Shown in pieces: positions 38,846-47,051 of a stretch of 64,000 nucleotides of DNA. The notes beneath the pieces are model-generated. The model saw only the letters and a program-made list of their open reading frames with translations. It made no database searches and was not told where the DNA came from. Source of the DNA: an uncultured Gammaproteobacteria bacterium (GTDB lineage Bacteria > Patescibacteriota > Microgenomatia > UBA8517). The stretch is taken from positions 3,256-67,255 of the forward strand of contig CAZYCE010000002.1 in NCBI GenBank assembly GCA_964645605.1, given 5' to 3'. The position numbers and the translations under genes were made by a program. How positions within the stretch are numbered: position 1 is the first letter of the stretch; each line of letters opens with the position of its first letter.

Positions 38846-40062
38846 TTTTTAAATACTTTTCTAAGTCCGTAAATAGCCACAGGTAAACTGCAAGCAAAGG
38901 CTATGATTGTGGAGTATCCGGCCCCAACTATTCCATATTTAAGAACCATTGGATAAATTGCCGCCGTCATGCCGACGATTCCGGACAGTTCCGAGTACAT
39001 CACAAGTTTTTGCAGTTTTAACGAGTAAAACAAAGAATAACTGAAGTTTAAAATTGACTTTAGCGCGCCAAAAACGGCCAATATTTTCAAAACCGGCTCG
39101 ATTGTCAACCATTTCTCTCCCAATATAATCAAAATAATAGGTCGGGAAAAGAACAAAAGAAGCAATGAAAAAGGAATCACTAGGGCTGCTATCACAGCAA
39201 TAGTTTTGTAAAAAGCTTTTTTAAGCCTCGCTTTGTCTCCGCCAATAACCACATAAACCGGAAAAGTTACTTTGTTAAATATCTGACCGATCTCGGATAC
39301 GGGAAGAGTTGAAACACTATATGCCTGTTGGTAAAAACCCAAACTCGTGGTTCCCAGAACTTTTCCCACGGTAACGTTATCAATATTTTGAAAAATGTAG
39401 CTAAAGATCGCAGCTCCAGTTACCCATTTTCCGCTGTGAAGTATTTTTTGAATCTTCTCTTTTGAAACCAAAAACTTCGGTTTATCTTTAAACAAAATGA
39501 AGCTTAAGAAAACCTCCGTAACTGCTGCCGCAAGCATTCCGAAAAGCATCGATGATTCTGAGTGCGTCAAAAATCCGAGGCTAACCGCAACTGCGGCATC
39601 AATAAAATATAGAGAACCTCTAAACAGAAACTCTTTCGTAAATTTTAATTCTTTCTGAAAAGCCACCTCCATCGGGTTTATAAATCCGCGGGCAATTGCC
39701 ACCCCCGCGACTATATACAATAGCTTATATACGTCCGGCGTTTTGAAAAAGTAAACAACCAATGGAGACGAGACCAAAATTACCAGAGCTATAAGAGCGC
39801 CCCTGAGGATAGAAACCACCCAAGCTGAATTTAAGTAGGGCTTTATCTCCCCCTTTTCCTGAATCAAAAAAACATTTATTCCCGTTTCAGTCAAGACTTC
39901 CAGAAATCCCAAAACAAGAAGTGCAATCGCATAATTTCCGAATTGGCTTGGAGAAAGGATACGGGCCAATATAGCAATTTTGACAAGCCCCAACCCCCTT
40001 ATGAAAATTCTGAGAAGGCTCATCCAAGTAACACCCTTCATCGCATCCTTAAAGTAGCCCAT
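38842..40062 (-). CDS. Polysaccharide flippase (Wzx/PST family)
   Basis: ILARILSPSQFG, LGFYQQAY, ILGEKW and YGIVGAG motifs. Confidence 0.9.
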   Translation of the reverse strand: MGYFKDAMKGVTWMSLLRIFIRGLGLVKIAILARILSPSQFGNYAIALLVLGFLEVLTETGINVFLIQEKGEIKPYLNSAWVVSILRGALIALVILVSSPLVVYFFKTPDVYKLLYIVAGVAIARGFINPMEVAFQKELKFTKEFLFRGSLYFIDAAVAVSLGFLTHSESSMLFGMLAAAVTEVFLSFILFKDKPKFLVSKEKIQKILHSGKWVTGAAIFSYIFQNIDNVTVGKVLGTTSLGFYQQAYSVSTLPVSEIGQIFNKVTFPVYVVIGGDKARLKKAFYKTIAVIAALVIPFSLLLLFFSRPIILIILGEKWLTIEPVLKILAVFGALKSILNFSYSLFYSLKLQKLVMYSELSGIVGMTAAIYPMVLKYGIVGAGYSTIIAFACSLPVAIYGLRKVFKK

Positions 40063-41006
40063 TAGCTTTTGATTATACCCGATACGAAGCCTCTCATCAC
40101 GGATATGTCAGATACAACCTGAAGAACAGGACCCCACAGGGCTATTCGCCAATCTCTGAATTCCAAAAATACCTTTCGATAAGCCCATAAAAAATAACTT
40201 AATAAACAAATGAACAAAATGATAAATAGGGAAGTGTTCAGAATGGATAAAATAAAAAGTCCCATCAAAAAAATATACCTGACAATGATGGAAACGGCTT
40301 TAATATTGTGCGACATAAGCTTTTGGGTTGGGTGCCACCAAATTCCGTACTGCACATCCCATTTTGCATATTCGCTAATTTTGAATCCAAACTCCCGAAT
40401 TGAGTTTGGCATCCCCCACTCCACAATCGCATTTTTCACGCGTGAATATCTTAGTCCAAGTTTTACTGCTTTGTAATTAAAATCTGAATCTTCGGCTGAA
40501 TTGTTTTTTCCCTCCGGAAACCCCCCTACTGCCTCCCATGCGCTTTTTCTGAAAGCCATTGATCTGGTCGATGGCAAAAATTTTACGTCGAACCTCCGCG
40601 GCGTTACTCCCAAAAAAACCGATTCTGCTTTTTGCAAGCGCGAGCTTCCGACCATTTTGTAAAAACCCGCAACAATATCTACCCTTCCGGTTTCGAAGGG
40701 CTTTGTGATATTTTTCAGCCAATCGGGCTTTGCCACACACCCGGCATCGGTAATAGCAATGACTTCATTTCTCGCCAGTTCAACACTTATGTTCCTGCCC
40801 CTGGACCTCGTACATTTCTCAACAACAGATTTAATATAAGAGTGTTTCTTTTGATAATGACGGATTATTTCGCGGGTCTTATCAGTCGATCCCCCATCGA
40901 CAATTATTATTTCATCGGCTTTTTTACTTTGGCCAATCAAAGAATCCAACAGTAAAGAAATATTTGCCTCTTCGTTATAAGTAGTAATGCAGATAGATAC
41001 TTTCAT
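40062..41006 (-). CDS. GT2 family glycosyltransferase
   Basis: VSICITTYNEE, VDGGSTDKT, TDAG and AED motifs. Confidence 0.92.
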   Translation of the reverse strand: MKVSICITTYNEEANISLLLDSLIGQSKKADEIIIVDGGSTDKTREIIRHYQKKHSYIKSVVEKCTRSRGRNISVELARNEVIAITDAGCVAKPDWLKNITKPFETGRVDIVAGFYKMVGSSRLQKAESVFLGVTPRRFDVKFLPSTRSMAFRKSAWEAVGGFPEGKNNSAEDSDFNYKAVKLGLRYSRVKNAIVEWGMPNSIREFGFKISEYAKWDVQYGIWWHPTQKLMSHNIKAVSIIVRYIFLMGLFILSILNTSLFIILFICLLSYFLWAYRKVFLEFRDWRIALWGPVLQVVSDISVMRGFVSGIIKS

Positions 41007-41070
41007 CTAGATTTTCTTAACTTTATCGAAAAGACGGGTTTTGAAAGGATGTCTAAAACTTTTGTATCTT

Positions 41071-42162
41071 TCATTTCAAAACTGATTTATACAATGAAAG
41101 GTATTCATCTGCGCTTTTCTTCCAGCCTAACATATTGTAGCGAGTTTTACCTTTCAAAACCATCTCATTGATAGACTCGCCTCTACGGAGTACTTTTTCA
41201 ATAGCACCTGCAATCTCATTTATCTTTTTAGGATTAATAAGAATGGCTGCTCCGTCTGCGACTTCCGGAAGTGAAGTAGTGTTTGACGAAATAACGGGAA
41301 CCCCCGCCCCAAAACCTTCCAGAACTGGGAAACCGAAACCTTCAGATAGTGTTGGGTAACAAATTAAGGTTGCAGATTTAATTATTGCTCCTAAAGTTTT
41401 GTCATCAACATATCCCGTAAACACTACCGAATCGCCTAACTTCAAATCCTCAATAATTTGATCCAGCTGTTCTCTTATTCTCTTATTATCACCTGTGATA
41501 ACCAATTTAATTTCGTCGTGTTTTTCGTGAACGAAAGCAAATGCTTCAATAAGTTTGTCCAAATTTTTTCGAATATCAATTCCTCCGTGATTCAAAATAT
41601 ATTTCTGATTCTTAAGGTTTTTAGGAAGAGTTCCGCCTTTCTCAAGCATTGGGTTTCCCGAATATATTGTCTGAATTTTATCGTCAGCAACACCCAGTCT
41701 TTTCTCAAGTTCACCTTTAACGTAATTTGAAACCGTAACTATTTTTTCAGCTTTTGAAAGTGAACTTTTTAACCGCAAAATGTAAGAAAGTTTAGACAGT
41801 GGCGGTGCCGGGGAGTATGAAAAATAATCCTTTATTTCCAGAGGAATTATGTCATGGACTGTTAAAACCGCAGAAACCGGACACGTTAGGGGAATACCCA
41901 TATTTCCAAGTGCATGGTACAAATGAACCCTCTCGTTTTTAAGAGATCTCGGCAATGCAATTTGTTCAAAAATATACCTATTTTTTGTGGGAAGAATTAC
42001 GGACTTAATATTTTTTCCTTGCAACTTAAATTTAGGCTTTTTGGAGTAAAAAACAACGCATTCGACCCCCATCGTATTTAATTCAGTTAGAAGATATTTT
42101 ATATACTTTCCCACCCCAACAAGATCTCCTTCTGCATATCTTCCGTCAAATCCGATTTTCAT
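41071..42162 (-). CDS. GT4 family glycosyltransferase
   Basis: TVHDIIP, RKN and EGFGFPVLE motifs. Confidence 0.92.
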   Translation of the reverse strand: MKIGFDGRYAEGDLVGVGKYIKYLLTELNTMGVECVVFYSKKPKFKLQGKNIKSVILPTKNRYIFEQIALPRSLKNERVHLYHALGNMGIPLTCPVSAVLTVHDIIPLEIKDYFSYSPAPPLSKLSYILRLKSSLSKAEKIVTVSNYVKGELEKRLGVADDKIQTIYSGNPMLEKGGTLPKNLKNQKYILNHGGIDIRKNLDKLIEAFAFVHEKHDEIKLVITGDNKRIREQLDQIIEDLKLGDSVVFTGYVDDKTLGAIIKSATLICYPTLSEGFGFPVLEGFGAGVPVISSNTTSLPEVADGAAILINPKKINEIAGAIEKVLRRGESINEMVLKGKTRYNMLGWKKSADEYLSLYKSVLK

Positions 42163-42920
42163 TTTTTCTGCGCGATTATTATGACCAAATTCGGTTCCCT
42201 AATTCTAAACGGCCATATTTTAACAAACAGTTTTTTGAATGCATAAAATTTATCAAAAGCGTAAAGAAACTCCTTATATAATATTTTATAACCATTTAAT
42301 TTAAGTTCTGTCTCTATAATATTAGGGGTATAAACCCTCATGTGCCCAATGGGGTTGTCCCCTTTCGCCACCATTTCTTCAAGTTTTTCGTTAACTGGTA
42401 CAGTAACTATTAATTTGCCTCCCTTTTTTAAAATTTTATTAATAGATTTATAAATACCGAAAATATTACTTGGAGCAATATGTTCTAAAACATCTAATGC
42501 TGTAATGAAATCAAATTTAATGTCCGGATAATGAATATCATAGATATTCCCTACTTTATATTCACCCCTTAAATGTCCTTTAGCGTATTTGACTGCCTCA
42601 CTAGATATATCAAATCCGTAAATTTGAAGATCGTCAAACGCTTGAATCTTTCTCTCTAAACTCGCCCAGCCAAATCCAATATCCAAAAGCCGCCCTTTTT
42701 GAACCGACAGATATTTTGAAACAATTTTAATTTTATCGTTATACATCGGATATTTTCTGAGCATTTCCCGATCGTCAATTATTTTTTTATCCCAAAACGA
42801 TTTTTTGTTTATATTTACAATTTCAGGGTGTTTTTTGGTGTACGTTTTTCTGAAGGCTTTGAATTTATGTTGAACGGCCAGTTTATTTCTTAGTCTTTCG
42901 ACATCAAAAGGTGAATTCAT
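42159..42920 (-). CDS. Class I SAM-dependent methyltransferase
   Basis: LLDIGFG, GFDIS, DVLEH and LKKGGKLIVTVP motifs; visibly AT-rich. ATG 42920 is preferred. Confidence 0.88.
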   Translation of the reverse strand: MNSPFDVERLRNKLAVQHKFKAFRKTYTKKHPEIVNINKKSFWDKKIIDDREMLRKYPMYNDKIKIVSKYLSVQKGRLLDIGFGWASLERKIQAFDDLQIYGFDISSEAVKYAKGHLRGEYKVGNIYDIHYPDIKFDFITALDVLEHIAPSNIFGIYKSINKILKKGGKLIVTVPVNEKLEEMVAKGDNPIGHMRVYTPNIIETELKLNGYKILYKEFLYAFDKFYAFKKLFVKIWPFRIREPNLVIIIAQKK

Positions 42921-43344
42921 ACCCAAAGTTTATCACTTTGAAAGCTTTTTGGTGTAAAACATTATTACGTGACCAAATGGACTTTTTGTTTTATGAATTC
43001 CTAGGAAATTTAGATCAAGTATATTGGTAATTTCGCACCCATAGGGAAAAACCCAAAAATCCACAATTGGATTTTATACATGAGTAGAAATTTTTTAATC
43101 GCAGTAGGTTTTGACCCCCTAAAATCTTCCTTACGAGCGAGGGAATCGAAGAAATTTTCTCTAACACTCCCCGCCTCCGCCATTGCAGTCTTAGTTTTAT
43201 GGGAAGTAACAAAATACAAGTTTATTCCCCGTAAAATCCGGATCTTCAGCGGAGAGAATTCCTGGAAGATTCCTTCTCAAAATCATACCAAACCAATAAG
43301 AAAAACAACAACCGCTACAATTTTAACGCAGTTCTTTTTCATTG

Positions 43345-43528
43345 TGGTCGCGTATGGACTCGAACCAGAGACTTTTACAACCCGCCCACCGTACTTAGTG
43401 GATTCGGATGGACTCGGACCATCGACCTTTCGAATGTGAATCGAACGCTCTACCCCTGAGCTACGAATCCCTTTACCAAGGCAGACGCGGTGTAAATGCA
43501 ACGCTCTAACCAACTGAGCTAAGCGACC
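43345..43528 (-). tRNA. Interrupted tRNA-Val(TAC): halves 43491-43528 and 43345-43380 with a 110-nt insert in the anticodon loop
   Basis: 5' half GGTCGCT-TA-GCTC-AGTTGGTTA-GAGC-G-TTGCA-TT-TAC-A; 3' half T-TGTAA-AAGTC-TCTGG-TTCGAGT-CCATA-CGCGACC-A. Together they form a 74-nt cloverleaf with two mismatches (7:66 and 50:64). Confidence 0.75.
43399..43470 (-). tRNA. tRNA-Val(CAC) nested inside the tRNA-Val(TAC) insert
   Basis: Fully paired 72-nt cloverleaf: GGATTCG/CGAATCC with A73; GCTC/GAGC; TTCGA-TTCACAT-TCGAA; GATGG-TCCGAGT-CCATC. Confidence 0.92.
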
Positions 43529-43537
43529 AATAGTCGT

Positions 43538-43546
43538 ATTTTACCA
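43538..43546 (-). promoter_or_regulatory. Extended -10 promoter for the nested tRNA-Val locus
   Basis: TG-G-TAAAAT ends 9 nt before G1 of the outer tRNA. Confidence 0.6.
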
Positions 43547-43624
43547 CGAGGCTGTTTTCTCTGCCGAGTGGCAAACCCTGTTTATCATCTTGACTGTCTA
43601 TTCATTATTAAAGTAAAAAGTATC

Positions 43625-44209
43625 ATGCCGATAGAAATAGACGCACCCTACAAAACTCCCTATCTGCCATTTTCTGAAAATCCCAATCAAATAGATATTT
43701 CTGGGTTCGATGTGCTTAGCTATATTCCTCCGGAGCAAATGAGTGAATATATAAATGGCCTTTCGGAGAGAATCAAACTAAAAAATTTTGATTTTGTTCT
43801 GGTTAACTTAAATGGTGGAAAATATTTGTTTGATAAACTTTCTCAAATCCAAAATTACCTTAAAAATCCGGTACAAATTGAATATCATAGACCAGATGGG
43901 GGTTTTGGTGCAAAAATCGACATTCCCGTACCGGAAGAGGTAAAAGGCAAAAAATGTTTAGTAATTGATGATATTTATGATACGGGAGGAGTACTTAAAG
44001 CTATTATGTCTGAGCTTTCCGCCGATTCTCAAGCTGCCGTAATAGTGACCAAGCGCGATATACAAAACCAAATTCCAATAGAAAATCTGTCTATCGGGGT
44101 TAAAATAGATAAAGTTTGGGTCGGCGGGTGCGGAATGAACTTGGGGGTGGAGGCAGAAGGAGATATCTTCAGAAATTATCCCGGGATTGTTGTAAACAGT
44201 CGTTCTTAA
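43625..44209 (+). CDS. Purine phosphoribosyltransferase (HPRT-like, type I PRTase)
   Basis: PRPP-binding motif LVIDDIYDTGGVL, NLNGG loop, and WVGGCGMN (HPRT has FVVGYGLD). ATG 43625 is preferred. Confidence 0.8.
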   Translation: MPIEIDAPYKTPYLPFSENPNQIDISGFDVLSYIPPEQMSEYINGLSERIKLKNFDFVLVNLNGGKYLFDKLSQIQNYLKNPVQIEYHRPDGGFGAKIDIPVPEEVKGKKCLVIDDIYDTGGVLKAIMSELSADSQAAVIVTKRDIQNQIPIENLSIGVKIDKVWVGGCGMNLGVEAEGDIFRNYPGIVVNSRS

Positions 44210-44248
44210 AGTTTAGAGTATACTCCCTCCGCTTTTAAAATAAAATCC

Positions 44249-44277
44249 TTGACATCGATTTAGGAAAATCATACAGT
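44249..44277 (+). promoter_or_regulatory. Sigma70-type promoter for the GMPR-like and purA genes
   Basis: TTGACA-17 nt-TACAGT. Confidence 0.65.
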
Positions 44278-44289
44278 GGGTCATGTTGC

Positions 44290-45330
44290 GTGAAAAAAAT
44301 GAAACAAATTATAGAACTTGCACTTTCCTACGACGATGTTCTTCTTGTCCCTCAATACTCAGAGATTAAAAGCAGATCTGAAGTAGGTTTATCCACCCGA
44401 ATTACTCCGCATGTCAAACTGGGTATCCCCATGATAAGTTCCAATATGAGCAGTATTACCAATGCCAACTTTGCCACTAGATTAGGTAAGTTGGGAGGAC
44501 TTGGGGTTCTGCCCCGGTTCACATCTATTGAAAACGAGGCCGGAATGGTTGCCGCCGTCAAAAAGGAAAAACTTTTTGTTGCTGCTTCGGTTGGTATAAA
44601 AGAAGGATCACTTGAAAGGGCGAAGGTTTTGGTTTTGGCAGGAGCGGATATTTTAGTTTTGGACGTCGCACATGGGCACATGCTGCAAGCCATCGAAGAA
44701 ACTAGAAAACTAAAACAATTTTTTGGAAAAAGCGTTGACATTATTTCAGGAAATGTTGCAACTGCCGAAGGAGCAAAAGATTTATTTTCGGCAGGAGCCG
44801 ACTGTGTCAAAATAGGAATTGGCCCGGGATCCACCTGTATCACCAGAACCGAAACGGGTTGCGGTGTACCCCAAATATCCGCAGTTATGGAATGTGCCAT
44901 TGTTGCTAAAAAATTTAATAAGACAATTATAAGTGACGGAGGAATGAAAAATTCAGGAGACGTAGTTAAAGCTCTCGCAGCAGGTGCATCGGCAATTATG
45001 ACCGGACATCTCTTTGCCGGTATAAAAGAAACGGCGGGAAAAATTGTTGTAAAAAACGGTATTAAATATAAAGAATACAACGGTTCAACTTCTCTTATTG
45101 AAAAATCAAAAAGATCCCCAAAGTTCCCCAATCATATTGAGGGTGTAGCCGGGTTTGTTCCCTATCGGGGAGATCTGGAAACTTGCATTGAAAGAATTAC
45201 TGAAAATATACGTTCCGGTTTTTCCTATATCGGTGCAAAAAATATTAAAGAAATTTGGAGAAAGGCAAAATTTGTCAGAATCTCACCGATGGGCTTTAAA
45301 GAAAGTGGATCACATGATTTATATATTTAA
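44290..45330 (+). CDS. IMPDH/GMP reductase family enzyme without CBS domains, probably GMP reductase
   Basis: LSYDDVLLVP, DVAHGH, catalytic GIGPGSTCITR, SDGG, and KEYNGSTS. Confidence 0.85.
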   Translation: MKKMKQIIELALSYDDVLLVPQYSEIKSRSEVGLSTRITPHVKLGIPMISSNMSSITNANFATRLGKLGGLGVLPRFTSIENEAGMVAAVKKEKLFVAASVGIKEGSLERAKVLVLAGADILVLDVAHGHMLQAIEETRKLKQFFGKSVDIISGNVATAEGAKDLFSAGADCVKIGIGPGSTCITRTETGCGVPQISAVMECAIVAKKFNKTIISDGGMKNSGDVVKALAAGASAIMTGHLFAGIKETAGKIVVKNGIKYKEYNGSTSLIEKSKRSPKFPNHIEGVAGFVPYRGDLETCIERITENIRSGFSYIGAKNIKEIWRKAKFVRISPMGFKESGSHDLYI

Positions 45331-45333
45331 TAT

Positions 45334-46434
45334 ATGAAAGAACGTCCCGATTATCCTGGAAAAGCTATATGGGTAGGAGGTGCTCAATTTGGAGATGAAG
45401 GAAAGGGGGTAACATCTGCTATCCTTGCCAATATCTACGACGCAGCTATTGTTGTAAAGACGGGGGTTGGGCCCAATGCAGAACATGGCCTTTTTCTAGA
45501 AGATGAATTAACTTACCTTAAGGTTAATCAGCTACCTCTTGGGTGGATATTAAGCCCTAATACACAAATCAGGATAGGCAGAAATGTTGCAATTGATCCT
45601 GTAAAACTAAACTACGAAATTGAGAGGTATAAACTTCAAGGAAGGGTGAAAGTTGATCCAAACTGTCCGATAATCACACAGGAACATATTAGAAACGAAA
45701 CAGAAAGTAAGAGAATGAAGGATGGAATAGGTTCGACAATGAGTGGCAGCGGTTATGCACATGCCGATCATATCTTGCGTCTAGGTCCTGTGGCCAGAGA
45801 TATCGATTCCCTAAGCCCCTTGCTTATAGATGTGGCTGAGGAAATAAACCGCGTTTGCCGGAAAGAAACTGTCATTTTAGAATCATCTCAGGGATACGGC
45901 CTCTCGCTTTCAACGGAATTTTATCCCAACACAACATCTAAAAACGTAACCAGTACCTCAGCCATGGACGACGCCGGATTAAATCCTCACAGACTAAGCG
46001 ATGTCTTTCTTGCGGTAAAAACCAGACCAACCAGAGAAGGCCAGGGTTCTATGGGAAAAACTGTGGAACTTACCATGGAACAAATTAAAAAACAGGGTTT
46101 GATTGAAGTTAGTTCTATCGGAGGAAAAATAAGAAGAAAGGCGGAGTCTATTGATTTTGAAATGCTCAAAACCGCTTCTGAGGTAAATGGAGCTACACAA
46201 ATCGTACTAACTTTTTGCGAGCAATACGATCCTGAAATTACACATAAAACCAGCAAAAGTCAGGTTACCGATAAAATCTATAAACTTATCGACAAAATCG
46301 AAGAAACAACCAATGTTCCGGTAACTTTATTAAATACCGGAAAACCGTATTATGACTATATAGATCTTACCGACAAAAACCCGGATTTGTCAGCCGAATT
46401 AAAAAAGGTAGATTTATCTACTTTGAAACTATAA
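45334..46434 (+). CDS. purA: Adenylosuccinate synthetase family protein, short archaeal-type and divergent
   Basis: GAQFGDEGKG, GPNAEH, GIGST, ESSQG, YPNTTS, PTREG and NGATQI motifs. Confidence 0.8.
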   Translation: MKERPDYPGKAIWVGGAQFGDEGKGVTSAILANIYDAAIVVKTGVGPNAEHGLFLEDELTYLKVNQLPLGWILSPNTQIRIGRNVAIDPVKLNYEIERYKLQGRVKVDPNCPIITQEHIRNETESKRMKDGIGSTMSGSGYAHADHILRLGPVARDIDSLSPLLIDVAEEINRVCRKETVILESSQGYGLSLSTEFYPNTTSKNVTSTSAMDDAGLNPHRLSDVFLAVKTRPTREGQGSMGKTVELTMEQIKKQGLIEVSSIGGKIRRKAESIDFEMLKTASEVNGATQIVLTFCEQYDPEITHKTSKSQVTDKIYKLIDKIEETTNVPVTLLNTGKPYYDYIDLTDKNPDLSAELKKVDLSTLKL

Positions 46435-46456
46435 TTTACTTCTCTATAATGGATTC

Positions 46457-47038
46457 ATGATCAAACGTCTTGGAACGTTTTTTTTAGATGTATTGGAGGT
46501 AGTTGTTTTCGCCATAGGTATATTTTTCTTTATATACCTCCTGGTCATGCGCCCTCACAAAATCGACGGGGCATCAATGATGCCTAATTTTCCAAACTCC
46601 GAGTATCTTCTTACCGAGAGAGTGACGTATTATACAAGAAATCCCCAGCGCGGTGACGTTGTCGTGTTTACTCCCCCTGTTACGAATCTTGACGAATATA
46701 TTAAAAGGGTGATTGCACTACCTGGAGAAAAAGTCATGATTAAGGGAGGTCGTGTTTATATTAATGGCAAGGTTCTTAATGAACCATATCTCGCTGAAAA
46801 TGTGTACACCAACGCAGGCACTTGTAGTGATGAACTTCCTTGTCTTAAAGAAGGAGTTGAATATGTTGTTCCCGAAGGTAACTACATAGTTATGGGCGAT
46901 AATCGTCCGAATTCTTCCGACTCAAGATTTTGGGGCCCGATAACCAAAAAGGTCATTACGGGAAGAGCTTGGATTATTTACTGGCCGCTAAAGCTCGCCG
47001 GGGTCGTTAAACAACCAAATTACAGCTTCGAACAATAA
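46457..47038 (+). CDS. lepB: Signal peptidase I
   Basis: GASMMP (catalytic Ser), YIKRVIALPG (Lys) and GDNRPNSSDSR. Confidence 0.96.
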   Translation: MIKRLGTFFLDVLEVVVFAIGIFFFIYLLVMRPHKIDGASMMPNFPNSEYLLTERVTYYTRNPQRGDVVVFTPPVTNLDEYIKRVIALPGEKVMIKGGRVYINGKVLNEPYLAENVYTNAGTCSDELPCLKEGVEYVVPEGNYIVMGDNRPNSSDSRFWGPITKKVITGRAWIIYWPLKLAGVVKQPNYSFEQ

Positions 47039-47051
47039 TTAAAGAAGAAAA

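Noticed and set aside
43010-43342. TGA recoding (genetic code 25 or 4) suggested by MKKNCVKIVAVVVFLIGLV-TGA-TTT-TGA followed by an open frame
   Set aside because: Conserved genes in this window end at TGA (rplS, gatA, murG) and have no internal TGA. A decayed gene remnant is more likely.
43381-43490. Group I/II or bulge-helix-bulge intron as the explanation for the tRNA-Val insert
   Set aside because: Only 38 nt lie outside the inner tRNA, so no ribozyme core fits. Positions 32-35 (TTTA) do not form a clean 4-bp helix with the insert 3' end.
43345-43528. Integrative element attL/attR splitting a tRNA
   Set aside because: There is no integrase and no duplicated tRNA end. The inner and outer tRNAs differ in their acceptor, anticodon and T stems.
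44352-45131. 259-aa antisense ORF, and similar shadow ORFs over dnaE, ppsA, ileS and ftsA
   Set aside because: They are antisense to well-conserved genes and carry no recognisable motifs.
45334-46434. PurZ (2-aminoadenine, Z-genome pathway)
   Set aside because: The P-loop keeps Asp (GDEGKG) rather than the Ser typical of PurZ, and no dATPase, MazZ or phage genes are nearby.
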